This document shows positions 37,977 to 47,851 of a stretch of DNA of 64,000 bases, one piece after another. The notes below the pieces were generated by a model. The model searched no databases. It was given only the letters and a program-made list of their open reading frames with translations, and was not told the origin of the DNA. Position 1 is the stretch's first letter. Every line of letters begins with the position of its first letter. Location of the stretch: NCBI GenBank assembly GCA_048938385.1, contig JBHLMG010000002.1:1-64000 (forward strand), in the 5' to 3' direction. This DNA is from Promethearchaeota archaeon. GTDB taxonomy: Archaea; Asgardarchaeota; Hermodarchaeia; Hermodarchaeales; Hermodarchaeaceae. The position numbers and the translations under genes were made by a program.

Positions 37977-39494
37977 TTACAAGGCGGCCCGTTGCTTTGC
38001 TTCTTCAAAAAGCTGTCGACCCTTATCTGAAACTTCAATATCTGCAGAGGGGAGACCACGACCCACGGTCCGATGAATCGAAACAACCTCCTCTTCTTGC
38101 AAGTCTAAGAAGAATTTGTCCAACCAGGCGGCCAGTGAAACACCAAGCGTTGGGCTAAAGCCAAGCTCTTTAGCTGAGACACGGTACTTACCCTCAACGA
38201 TTTTGGTAGCAAATGTCGTGAGCACTATGTAGTGTTGGTCTTTCTGCAAGAGGATATCTTGGATGCGTGATCGGGCTTCCATAGCTGCAAGCCGATCCCG
38301 GATTTCGGTAAATCGGCTGTACTCTTCTTTCATTTGTTCAATTTCCGCTAAGGCCTTCTCTAACTGCTTTTCCAATTTTTCACGTTCTTTACCGATGGCA
38401 TCACGATCCTTGGTAACCTCTTTGAGGGCTTCTTGCTCCTCTTCTAACTGCGAGATTTTTAGTTCGTGAGATTCTTTCAAACTCTCTAGTTTTGAAATTT
38501 GGCCTTCTAGGTCGGCTATGCGTTTCGATGCTTGGGCTAGTTCCTGTTTAGAAGTAGTGAGCTCCTCCTTGGTTGCAGTTAAAGTTTCTTTAGTTGTTTC
38601 TAGCGATTGAATATCCGTCTGCAATTGCTCACGGGCTGTATCTCGTTCTGCTTCCAATCGCTGATGTTCAATCTTCAACTCTTGGAGTTCCGTGGTTACG
38701 GCATTCATCTCTTTCTTGACAGCAGCCTCAGATTGTTGGGCTTGCTGGAGTTGTTCTGATAGAGCTTTAATTTTAGCCTCTAAATCGTGCTTGGTCGCCG
38801 TAGCTGCGGATTGAGCGGTCGCCGCTGCCTCTGAAGCCGCAGAGTATTTAGCCTTCAGCTCTTCGATTTGCTGCAGAGCCTTATCTTGTTCACTGATCGC
38901 CTTTTCGCTCTGTTCTTTGAGTTGCAATAGATCCGCTTCGGTTTTCTTCAATGATTCAGATAGCTGCTTATTTGTGGCCTGCAATTTGTCAATTCGTCGT
39001 GCATCACGGGTTGACTGCGACTGCATCCGTTTCTCCAAATCGGCAATCCGCACTCGTGCTTCAGCCAATTCGGCTTCGAGTTCTTGCCGTGTTTTTTCAG
39101 AAGCAGAAATTTCATCCTGTAACCGTTTTCGTAGTTCTTCTCGCTCCGAAGCCGTCATGGCAGCTAAAGCACTCAGCTCATCCGCTGCTCCTGATAAACC
39201 AGCCTTTGCCCGAGTAATTTCTTGAATTTTCGCTCGGGCTTGTTCATTGAAACGCTTAGCTTCTGCTTTCACACCTTCTTGAATATCGTTCACAACAGGA
39301 CCACTCAATCGCCCAAATCCGATGGCTTCCATGCGTTTTTCAACGCGATCGGCAAGCATCAAAAGGCTGCGTTGAAGATCACGCGTTAACACATCAATTG
39401 CGTCTACGATGTCATTGGTAAGTGCTTCAATTTGGCGTTTTAAGACTTCAGTGCGTATAGCTTTATCTTCGGCTTCTTGCGCCATTAAACCCAC
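37977..39494 (-). CDS. Long coiled-coil protein with a C-terminal winged-helix-like domain
   Basis: About 400 aa of E/K/Q/A/L heptads, then a globular tail (VSAKELG...LQEEEVVSI...IEVSDKGRQL). Confidence 0.8.
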   Translation of the reverse strand: MGLMAQEAEDKAIRTEVLKRQIEALTNDIVDAIDVLTRDLQRSLLMLADRVEKRMEAIGFGRLSGPVVNDIQEGVKAEAKRFNEQARAKIQEITRAKAGLSGAADELSALAAMTASEREELRKRLQDEISASEKTRQELEAELAEARVRIADLEKRMQSQSTRDARRIDKLQATNKQLSESLKKTEADLLQLKEQSEKAISEQDKALQQIEELKAKYSAASEAAATAQSAATATKHDLEAKIKALSEQLQQAQQSEAAVKKEMNAVTTELQELKIEHQRLEAERDTAREQLQTDIQSLETTKETLTATKEELTTSKQELAQASKRIADLEGQISKLESLKESHELKISQLEEEQEALKEVTKDRDAIGKEREKLEKQLEKALAEIEQMKEEYSRFTEIRDRLAAMEARSRIQDILLQKDQHYIVLTTFATKIVEGKYRVSAKELGFSPTLGVSLAAWLDKFFLDLQEEEVVSIHRTVGRGLPSADIEVSDKGRQLFEEAKQRAAL

Positions 39495-39900
39495 CTTGTA
39501 TTAAGGGATCCAAACTCACCCTAGTTTGAGCGTGTGAACCTAGATAAGGTTTCCTCCTCCAAGACAATGGCAATTATTTCTAATAAAACCTATTCCTCTT
39601 CTTCCTCGATAATCTGAAAAGTTCCTGCTAAGAATAGGAACTATACACGATGCCAATTAAATTTCATCCACTATTCAAACATTCTCCTTGCAATTCTCCT
39701 CATCCTGGTAGTAAATTGAGGGGGTTCAATGCATCCGGGATTATTGGCTCCTAGCTATCGTTTTCATGGTTGTATTTACCGTCCGTTTGTTTGCAGGCAA
39801 AATCAAACAGTTCCGTCAACCCTACAAGAAGTACATGATACTTTGAGACCAGAGAGTTTATAGGGTGTTACTCGCCCGATGGACCAGACTTTAACTGAGA

Positions 39901-40269
39901 TTGATTACTATGGACACCGAAACTATTCTCAGCGTATTGCGTCGGGTTCTCGATCCCGAACATCCAATAAGCGTTGTTGAAATGGGTCTTGTGAAGGCAG
40001 AAGATGTAATCATAGACAAGGACGCTATCCGAGTGCAATTTACTCCCACTGTACCTGGGTGTCCTATGGGGGCAGTTATTGGTATAATCATTCGAAAGGC
40101 CCTTGAAGACGCATTTCCAACTCAAAAGGTTCAGGTGCGAGTGAAACCTGGAACCCACTTGCGAGAGGATACCTGTAACACCTTGATTAACGATGATACC
40201 CAATACCAATCCGCCATCGAAAAATTAACTGCTTCCGGAGCTTTAGATCGCTTAATTGTAAAAGAATAG
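39901..40269 (+). CDS. DUF59/MIP18 (CIA2/FAM96-like) Fe-S targeting protein
   Basis: DPEHP, FTPTVPGCPM..IG, PGTH..E. Confidence 0.88.
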   Translation: MITMDTETILSVLRRVLDPEHPISVVEMGLVKAEDVIIDKDAIRVQFTPTVPGCPMGAVIGIIIRKALEDAFPTQKVQVRVKPGTHLREDTCNTLINDDTQYQSAIEKLTASGALDRLIVKE

Positions 40270-40414
40270 GTTCACAGCTTTTAGTAGGGCTGCTCACTTG
40301 TAATGTCGTAGCTGGTTTTTTACTGCGATCTATCAAGAGAATCAAGGGTTTGGATAATCTTATTGGGAAGATACGGAAAAACAGTGCAAGATTGGCATCT
40401 TTGGTGAGCTTTAC

Positions 40415-41878
40415 ATGGGCAAATCTGGGGACCAACTAATCGCCGTTATCGATCTTGGAACTACGGGAAATCGCTCGGTGCTCTTCGATCTCCAAGGAAA
40501 TGAGATCCTGAAAGCATATCGTGAGTTTCCAACAATCACAGAGGAACCTCAGCAAGCAGAACAGGAAGCGTCGGATTGGTGGCGGACTACCACTGAAACT
40601 ATGCGAGAGGTTGCTACGCATCAAACTGTAACATCAAAAGAAATCGTTGCCGTTTCAGTTGTAACCCAACGGGCAACCCTCGTTCCACTGGATTCTCAAG
40701 GAAATCCTTTAGCCCGAGCTATGACTTGGATGGATGGACGATTCTCAACCACTGAAGAAGAGCGGGAAGAGTTAGTCAAATCTCGTTTAAGCGTTCGTCG
40801 AGCCTTATGGTTCAAGGATATGCTCCCCGAGGTGTTTAAAAAAACTCACAAATTAGCCACCCCTGATGCTTTCTTATATCATCGCTTAACTGGAAAACTG
40901 GTCTCTGACCAAACAAACCATTCTTTTGGACTTCTTGACCGTGAAAAACTAACTCTTTCTGACACACTAGGTGATGATTTAGCGCTTCCAGTATCACTGT
41001 GGTCAGATCTTGTGATGTCGGGAACGATAATAGGGGAAATTACAAAAGAAGCTGCGCAAGCTACTTGTCTCCCTCAGGGTACGCCTGTCGTTGTTGGTGG
41101 AGGTGACCAACAATGCTCGGTCGTTGGGTTGGGGGTTATTGAAAAGGGTGCTGCAAAAATGACCACGGGAACTGGCACCTTTATTGTTACACCAGTTGAT
41201 GGAGAAAAACGAGATCCATTCGGCGTCTTATTCAGCCATCCTCATGTCTTACCCAATCAATGGGTTTTAGAGGGCGCGGCTCCTGGGACTGGCACGATTC
41301 TTCGCTGGTTCCGAGACGAATTCGGACATGTTGAATGTGCCGTTGCTGAACGGCTGGGTCGGGACCCTTACGATTATATTACCGCTGAGGCCGCACAAGC
41401 TCCACCCGGCTGCGATGGTCTAATTCTCTTTCCGTTCTTTATCTATGGATTGGGTATTATTGAAGGATTAGGATTTCAACATAAGCGGGCACATTTCACC
41501 CGCTCAATAATGGAAGCCATCGCTTTCATCTCACGGTTTCTCTTAGACACCATGGGTACGGTGAATGTCACTGTGGATGAACTCCGGTTAGATGGTGGTG
41601 GTGCACGGTCTGCACTTTGGCGACAAATCCATAGCGATATCACACAGAAACGGTGTATCCTCACGGGCGTAGATGAAGGAAGTGCCCTAGGAGCTGCTAT
41701 CATCGCGACAGTAGGGCTCGATCTCTATCCCTCTATTGAAAAAGCCGTGAAAGCAATGGTGCATCATCGTCAAACTCATACACCAAATCCTGAGAACTTC
41801 GATATTTACAATCAGGGATATTCGAAGTTTCAGCAAATCCTCATGAGTAAGCTATCTGAACTTGTCAAACACATCTAA
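40415..41878 (+). CDS. FGGY-family carbohydrate kinase
   Basis: IDLGTTG, TQRAT, WMDGR, GGDQ, TGTG, DGGGARS. Confidence 0.92.
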   Translation: MGKSGDQLIAVIDLGTTGNRSVLFDLQGNEILKAYREFPTITEEPQQAEQEASDWWRTTTETMREVATHQTVTSKEIVAVSVVTQRATLVPLDSQGNPLARAMTWMDGRFSTTEEEREELVKSRLSVRRALWFKDMLPEVFKKTHKLATPDAFLYHRLTGKLVSDQTNHSFGLLDREKLTLSDTLGDDLALPVSLWSDLVMSGTIIGEITKEAAQATCLPQGTPVVVGGGDQQCSVVGLGVIEKGAAKMTTGTGTFIVTPVDGEKRDPFGVLFSHPHVLPNQWVLEGAAPGTGTILRWFRDEFGHVECAVAERLGRDPYDYITAEAAQAPPGCDGLILFPFFIYGLGIIEGLGFQHKRAHFTRSIMEAIAFISRFLLDTMGTVNVTVDELRLDGGGARSALWRQIHSDITQKRCILTGVDEGSALGAAIIATVGLDLYPSIEKAVKAMVHHRQTHTPNPENFDIYNQGYSKFQQILMSKLSELVKHI

Positions 41879-41886
41879 CCTGTAAG

Positions 41887-42420
41887 GTGAAAGAAATGGA
41901 AGCAATTGAAGCAATTTCCACTCGCCGCTCAATCCGTAACTTCACTGATCTGGAATTAACGGATGAACAAATTCATGACTTGTTGAAAATCATGGTTGCA
42001 GCTCCCAGTGCAGGGAATAAACAACCTTGGCGGATCTATGTTGTTCGTGATACCAAGGTTAAACGGAAACTAGCTATTGGTGCTGGTGATCAGGAGTTTA
42101 TCAACGAAGCTCCTGTGGTCTTTGTCGTTTGCCGGGTACCTGAAGAATCTGGGATTCGTTACGGGAATCGAGGTCGTAATTTTTATTCCATTCAGGATAC
42201 AGCTGCGATGACTCAGAATTTGTTGATTGCTGCGCACGCTATGGGCTTAGGGGCGTGTTGGGTCGGAGCATTCAACGATAGTGCTGTTGTTGCAGCTATC
42301 GAGTGCCCCCAGGGTATTTTACCTGTGGCTATTATTCCTGTTGGCTATCCGAAGGTTCTTGGTTCACTTCGTGGTCGACGTCCGCTGGACTCTGTTGTTA
42401 CCTTTATTCCATCCAAATAA
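41887..42420 (+). CDS. Nitroreductase family protein
   Basis: RRSIRNF, APSAGNKQPW, GLGACWVG, PVGYP. Confidence 0.94.
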   Translation: MKEMEAIEAISTRRSIRNFTDLELTDEQIHDLLKIMVAAPSAGNKQPWRIYVVRDTKVKRKLAIGAGDQEFINEAPVVFVVCRVPEESGIRYGNRGRNFYSIQDTAAMTQNLLIAAHAMGLGACWVGAFNDSAVVAAIECPQGILPVAIIPVGYPKVLGSLRGRRPLDSVVTFIPSK

Positions 42421-42426
42421 GTGGTG

Positions 42427-43140
42427 CTAGATCAGGTCTTTCCCAAGGATAAGTCGAATGCACAAAGGAAAAACCCAGATGAACGCAGTTATAGCAGAGA
42501 TGATCTCGGGAATTGCAACTCCTGTAAAGGGTAAGACTGGTATTGTGTAGTAAATCACCCATACGCTAGCACTAATTAATGAAAGAAGGAAGGCAATGAT
42601 GCCCCAAAGCCGGCGCTGAGGTTCCAGCATCAATCGAACGCCATATAGCATTCCGGCAAGGAGCACACTAACGAAAAATCCTACTGAGACTGCGAAGTGA
42701 ATGCCAGTTATACCCTCATGAAAAATCCCAATTGCGATGAGGAAGAGGACAGCGATGGTAAGTATGACCGAAGCAATGACACCCAGTATGGAACGCTCGA
42801 AATAATGGTGCCATATTAGCCATAGGGTTACTGCAAGGGTAATCAATCCTCCAAGGCTTAACCCCCCGTTAAACACTGGAGCAGCCACATTGGTTCCTGG
42901 AACTCCATTGGATCCTCCAAGCATCCAAGGGTGTCCTAGATCACTCAACGCGTTCGTATACCAATTGAACCATGGCGATAGTAGAATTGCTACGCCAATA
43001 CTTATGAAGGCAATCAATGGTCCAATGATTCCGCACCAACCCGCAAATCGAGCTGATAGAAGAAACTCACGGATTGGATTAACCTTTTTTGGTTCCTCTT
43101 TCTCTTGCATAATATTCACCCATTGTTCAAGAGCCAACAA
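42427..43140 (-). CDS. DUF998-like membrane protein
   Basis: SPWFNWYTNALSDLG, GIF..H, VAIPE; about 6 TM helices. Confidence 0.8.
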   Translation of the reverse strand: MLALEQWVNIMQEKEEPKKVNPIREFLLSARFAGWCGIIGPLIAFISIGVAILLSPWFNWYTNALSDLGHPWMLGGSNGVPGTNVAAPVFNGGLSLGGLITLAVTLWLIWHHYFERSILGVIASVILTIAVLFLIAIGIFHEGITGIHFAVSVGFFVSVLLAGMLYGVRLMLEPQRRLWGIIAFLLSLISASVWVIYYTIPVLPFTGVAIPEIISAITAFIWVFPLCIRLILGKDLI

Positions 43141-43194
43141 TTAATTTGGGTTCTAATACCGATGGTCCTTCGGATAAGACTTGTGCCTGAACCC

Positions 43195-43842
43195 TCAAGT
43201 ATGCTTGGTCCTGGAGGGTGCTAGGTTTTGGAGCTCTGGGGGAAGTGGTTCACCAATAGTTTGGTATTCTGCAGCCAATTGTGTCATAAAATCAACTAAG
43301 AGTTGGTGCCGAGGTGCAGCAAGCTGCTTGGCAGTTTTCGTGTGAAGTAACGCGTTGAGTTTCAATAATTTGCGGTGAATGTGTTCGATAGTTCCTTTGA
43401 GTCCCCGTTGTTGAACCAAGCTTTCAGCAATCGTTCGTGCTAACCCTAGCGCTCCCATTGCATCGAGCTTGTCAGCATCGCTGAGAATTTGCCCTTCGAG
43501 GCTCTCTGGTGAGAGCTGTTCGCTGAACCGATGAGTCCGAATGGCGCTTGCGACCAAGGATAACTTCTCCTTTGAAAATGTTGTAGTAGCAAGGAACGCA
43601 ACTGCCATGTTTGCTCCAATCTCTGCATGGGAAACTCCAGATACCTCTTCTTCGGATCGACCGATATCATGAAGCAATGCGGCTGCCTCTAGGATTTCAA
43701 GATCGGCTCCTTCTGCGGCCCCAATAAACCGACACAGTTCACGCACACGCAGAGTATGCTCATAAGAATGGGCTCCTCGTTTTCCAATATGAATAGCATC
43801 AAAAGCGAATTTCTCAATACTCTGAATGAGTGTTGCATCCAT
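43195..43842 (-). CDS. HD-domain phosphohydrolase
   Basis: HSYEHTLRV, LLHDIG, HAEIG, DADKLDAMG. Confidence 0.92.
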   Translation of the reverse strand: MDATLIQSIEKFAFDAIHIGKRGAHSYEHTLRVRELCRFIGAAEGADLEILEAAALLHDIGRSEEEVSGVSHAEIGANMAVAFLATTTFSKEKLSLVASAIRTHRFSEQLSPESLEGQILSDADKLDAMGALGLARTIAESLVQQRGLKGTIEHIHRKLLKLNALLHTKTAKQLAAPRHQLLVDFMTQLAAEYQTIGEPLPPELQNLAPSRTKHT

Positions 43843-43851
43843 AAGGCCTCT

Positions 43852-45153
43852 CTACCCCCCCTCGTTTTGGTATTGCGAAATTGGTTGGTCCACCACAGCT
43901 TTTCCAACTCGTCGCATACGATAGACTCCGTAGGCAATCGGCAGAATCAGAAAGGTTATCACCGCAAGTAATGCCGAAAGCGCTGCTCCTATCATACCAA
44001 AATACTCAACACCAAAGTGGATGTTGTGTTCAGACAACAGAACCCAAGAGAGTACAAAAATCACAGTACCAATCATCATTGCATACAACCCGAACGGATT
44101 TGGTGAAATGTTTCGTTGCAACTTCGCAGCTCCCAATAGAACCAGTGCAAAAGTTAGGAGGAGGAGACCCATTTCAAAGAGCCCAAAATTACGAAAGGGA
44201 GGAATCACTGATACGACGCTCAACCAAGACCAATTAATGAAATACTGATTCACGCGAAACCGATAGTAAAAGACCAGGGCTGGGTACACCATGCCAAACA
44301 CGGCTACAGCAATTGACGCACTAGGAAGGCGTTTCCATAACACTATAGCCATCACAGCAATCACTATTGGACAAACTAACCAAAGATAGTGGACATATTC
44401 ATACGGAGCCAAACTCAGCAACCAAAGAACAGGGAGACCGAGAGAGAAATCTGGAGGTGTAGGTCCAGGTTGCTGACCGTTGATCATTACTATGAAGATG
44501 AGGGGGTACCACGCCCAGATAAGGATGGGAATTAGAATGCTAGCGAATAGGAGAAATGCCCAATATCGCGCCGATGTGATGTTCTGTGATGGGATTCCAA
44601 GGTATTCGACTAGCCATCGGACAGCTTTTACCAAGGTATAACCCAGCAAAATCACTTGGAAAAAAACTAGCAGGATCCAAGAACCTCGAAAGATTAGGTT
44701 ATAGAATCCATTGGGTCCAAAGAGCAATCCACTCAGTGCGGAGTTAAGGTAGAATGGTGGAATCACGAAGGTAAAGAATAGCGCGCAACCTATAACAACG
44801 AGTGGTGAAACAAAATGTCGGAAGCGGGATTTGAACAAGAGCTTCTGACCGAACCCGAACAGGGCGATGAACCCAAGTAAGAGAAATCCGGAGAAAGCGC
44901 CACATCCGGCAAAGAAAGCCACTCGTAGGGTGTTTGCCACAATGGGTTGTATTCCTTCTATGGGATCGAAGAAAAATAATCGTAGGGGGCTTTGGATGAG
45001 GGAAGCCGCAATGAAGAATCCTAAAGTGCTAATGAATACAACGCTGTGGACGATATTCTCGCGGTTGAAGAATAAACGCAATCCTGCAAAATAATCTTTC
45101 AAAGCTTGCCATGCAGTGGCAGGTAACTGCCTCAGTGAATTTTGAAGTCCCAT
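43852..45153 (-). CDS. Hypothetical polytopic membrane protein
   Basis: 433 aa with about 11 hydrophobic segments. Confidence 0.75.
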   Translation of the reverse strand: MGLQNSLRQLPATAWQALKDYFAGLRLFFNRENIVHSVVFISTLGFFIAASLIQSPLRLFFFDPIEGIQPIVANTLRVAFFAGCGAFSGFLLLGFIALFGFGQKLLFKSRFRHFVSPLVVIGCALFFTFVIPPFYLNSALSGLLFGPNGFYNLIFRGSWILLVFFQVILLGYTLVKAVRWLVEYLGIPSQNITSARYWAFLLFASILIPILIWAWYPLIFIVMINGQQPGPTPPDFSLGLPVLWLLSLAPYEYVHYLWLVCPIVIAVMAIVLWKRLPSASIAVAVFGMVYPALVFYYRFRVNQYFINWSWLSVVSVIPPFRNFGLFEMGLLLLTFALVLLGAAKLQRNISPNPFGLYAMMIGTVIFVLSWVLLSEHNIHFGVEYFGMIGAALSALLAVITFLILPIAYGVYRMRRVGKAVVDQPISQYQNEGG

Positions 45154-45336
45154 AGAGTTTCACCGATGCCTGCAATTTTTTGGCTTAGACCTTTTAGCTA
45201 TCGAATAAAAACCTAGTCCTCGACTCCCTACTACGAATAACCCAGCAGAATTATGTATTATTTGCTGAACTTCGGAAATTATAAGGGCGTAGTTTTTGGG
45301 TGATTATACTGCTGTAATCGATGTAGTTGATGTATT

Positions 45337-45810
45337 ATGGCCTTGATGGGATTTCTTATGCTGGTCCTTGGTGGGGCTTTACTCCTCGCATCTGGGCAAT
45401 CTCTTGTCTTAGACCCCATTGCAATTTCACAATTGTCAACCCTCCTCAACACCGTTTTAGGATCCGGAATTGGTGATATCCTTATTACTATCATGGTGAT
45501 AGCGACGAGCCTTGGTGGGGTTTGTGCCATTATCGGTGGGATTATCTGGTATGCAGCAGGAACGGGAATCGGTGCCCTCGTTGGACGAATCATCGTGGGA
45601 GTTGCCTCCTTTGCCGCCACGTATTTTCTTGTTATGCAAATCCTATCCGCAGTTAATCTCGGTCTCTTCGCTCAACCTCTCCATGTAATCCTCGGGCATT
45701 TCTTTGGAATGGGCGTGAGTTTTACCAGCGTTCTACTTATTGTCCTCGGTGACTTGGTCGGTGCCGGACGCCAAAAAGAATACCAACCTTCACCTGCTGC
45801 TCATCTTTAA
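45337..45810 (+). CDS. Hypothetical Gly-rich membrane protein (4 TM)
   Basis: 157 aa, almost entirely hydrophobic. Confidence 0.7.
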   Translation: MALMGFLMLVLGGALLLASGQSLVLDPIAISQLSTLLNTVLGSGIGDILITIMVIATSLGGVCAIIGGIIWYAAGTGIGALVGRIIVGVASFAATYFLVMQILSAVNLGLFAQPLHVILGHFFGMGVSFTSVLLIVLGDLVGAGRQKEYQPSPAAHL

Positions 45811-47054
45811 CGCGTTTTACTAGCCTGGAGCGTTTCAGGTACAAGGAGCAACACAGCCAAAAACGCCAGAATATTCAAACTGGTAGCAAAAATCATGTTG
45901 CCCCGCAGGGTCGAAAGCACAAACTGGACGAGTGTTCCACCAATAATAGGACCAATTCCTGAACCTAGCAAATTCGCAGTCGCAATTATAGCCATCGCTC
46001 GTCCTCGTTTAGAAACCACGCTTAAATCCGCAGCCGCAGCATAGCTAGCTGTATACACCAAAGGATACAATGGGATAATCCAAAGTACCATGGCAATCCA
46101 AGGGTCGATAACAAACAAATACACGATCATAAACACCGCATATCCCGCAAAGCCAAGCAAGATTATCGGCTTACGGCCAAACCGGTCACTACCAAATCCT
46201 GCAAGTAAAGTGAATCCTAATCCGACTAATGCTGCAAAACCGTTAGAGATTCCAAGCATCAATGTGGTTCCTGCAATTTCTTCGACGAAATAGATTCCGA
46301 AGAAAAATGAAAAGGCGTTCACTCCGATACTCCCGATCGCCACGGTTACGGCGAGAATTATAAGACTTCGACTTAAAATCAGTGTAGGTCCAGTAGTTGA
46401 ATCTGGGTTCTTAAATGCTTCTTCATTGCTCTCTGAATTAGTGTTTCGTGGAACCTCTCGGACTATTAGGAGGATAATAGTGACACCGGTCAAGTACGCT
46501 ATACACCCAACGAAGAACAGCCCAGACATCTGAATTAAGCTTATTAAGAATCCACCCCCAAACGCCCCCACAGACCATCCTAGGCTACTCGTGGACAATA
46601 GCAATCCTACGCTTCCACCCTTGTAGATGCGTGCTTCTGTCAGATACGCGTTTGCCATGGGAACCGCAGCCACTGAAAACAAGTACGCAGCACAAGTGAC
46701 TAACAGGAAGGATAAGCTATCTTGAATGAAAATATAGAGGAAAAAAGCGACGCCCTGTGCGATGAACCCCACGGCGATGAAAGGGATCCGGCGCTGCCAG
46801 CGATCAGAGAGGACTCCCCAGAAGTAAACACCTGCCAGTCCAACAAGCACAGGTAATCCCCCCACCAATCCGATAAGGAGAAAAGCGGTTTCCCCGATTC
46901 CTGTAAAAAGGTACAGTGAACCGAACTGCCAGAAAATGGACTGCGAGATATGGAACAGTGAAAATCCGACAAGAATGCCCCAAATGTGGTGACGAGGAAC
47001 TCGAGAAGAAAGGATGGTCTTGCTCTCATTCTCTGACATGGTAAGCAGTGCCAC
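45807..47054 (-). CDS. MFS transporter
   Basis: 12 TM helices; GVLSDRWQRR and GSDRFGRKP motif A copies. Confidence 0.93.
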   Translation of the reverse strand: MALLTMSENESKTILSSRVPRHHIWGILVGFSLFHISQSIFWQFGSLYLFTGIGETAFLLIGLVGGLPVLVGLAGVYFWGVLSDRWQRRIPFIAVGFIAQGVAFFLYIFIQDSLSFLLVTCAAYLFSVAAVPMANAYLTEARIYKGGSVGLLLSTSSLGWSVGAFGGGFLISLIQMSGLFFVGCIAYLTGVTIILLIVREVPRNTNSESNEEAFKNPDSTTGPTLILSRSLIILAVTVAIGSIGVNAFSFFFGIYFVEEIAGTTLMLGISNGFAALVGLGFTLLAGFGSDRFGRKPIILLGFAGYAVFMIVYLFVIDPWIAMVLWIIPLYPLVYTASYAAAADLSVVSKRGRAMAIIATANLLGSGIGPIIGGTLVQFVLSTLRGNMIFATSLNILAFLAVLLLVPETLQASKTR

Positions 47055-47155
47055 CTAGACACCCTGTTGATAAAGCTTTGTGTTCTGACACTTTCAGCAT
47101 TCTGTGTTCTCTGATTTCCAGTGAGTTTAAATGACACCAAGCCTCCCCTTTTCCT

Positions 47156-47845
47156 GTGACACCTAGCACATCTGATTCTGAAATACAAATCTCCCGTGCA
47201 ACTGATACTCGGGTTCAACACTTTCAGTCAAAACTACTTCGCTGGTTTCGTAAATATGGGCGTGATCTACCTTGGCGTCGCACTCGAAACCCCTACCACA
47301 TTCTAGTTTCCGAGATGATGTTGCACCAAACCCAGGTTGACCGAGTAATTCCGAAGTACCACGAATTTCTTGACGCCTATCCGACGTTTGAAGCCCTCGC
47401 TGCAGCACCGGTTGAAGAGGTGGAGCAGCTCTGGCGACCCCTAGGCTATAACTTTCGTCCAAAACGCCTTCACGCGATTGCTCAATGCGTCATCCAGCAC
47501 CATAACGGGCAACTTCCCGATACCCTCAAGACTCTTCAATCTCTATGTGGTATCGGTCGATACACTGCAGGGGCTATTCTCAATTTCGCCTTCCATAAAG
47601 ATGCACCCATACTGGACACTAATGTACGACGCGTGCTACGACGGTTCTTCGCAATCCCTGGCAATCCACACCGCGCACCCGCCGTAAAGCAGCTATGGCA
47701 CCTCGCTGAGCGCATAATCCCCTCTGGGCAAGGGTATATCTTTAATCAAGCCCTCCTTGATTTCGGAGCCTTACTCTGTACGGCACGGAACCCCTCATGC
47801 CTTAAATGTCCCTTCAACGATGACTGTCCTTTTCCCTCTTTGTAA
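47156..47845 (+). CDS. HhH-GPD DNA glycosylase, short MutY/MIG-like with a 4Fe-4S cluster
   Basis: RDLPWR, SEMMLHQT, LCGIGRYTA, LDTNV, CX6CX2CX5C. No C-terminal MutT-like domain. Confidence 0.9.
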   Translation: MTPSTSDSEIQISRATDTRVQHFQSKLLRWFRKYGRDLPWRRTRNPYHILVSEMMLHQTQVDRVIPKYHEFLDAYPTFEALAAAPVEEVEQLWRPLGYNFRPKRLHAIAQCVIQHHNGQLPDTLKTLQSLCGIGRYTAGAILNFAFHKDAPILDTNVRRVLRRFFAIPGNPHRAPAVKQLWHLAERIIPSGQGYIFNQALLDFGALLCTARNPSCLKCPFNDDCPFPSL

Positions 47846-47851
47846 GAAGGG

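Noticed and set aside
37958-38086. N-terminal extension of the ThiF/MoeB ORF
   Set aside because: It overlaps the end of the coiled-coil gene; family similarity starts at MPSKDARY.
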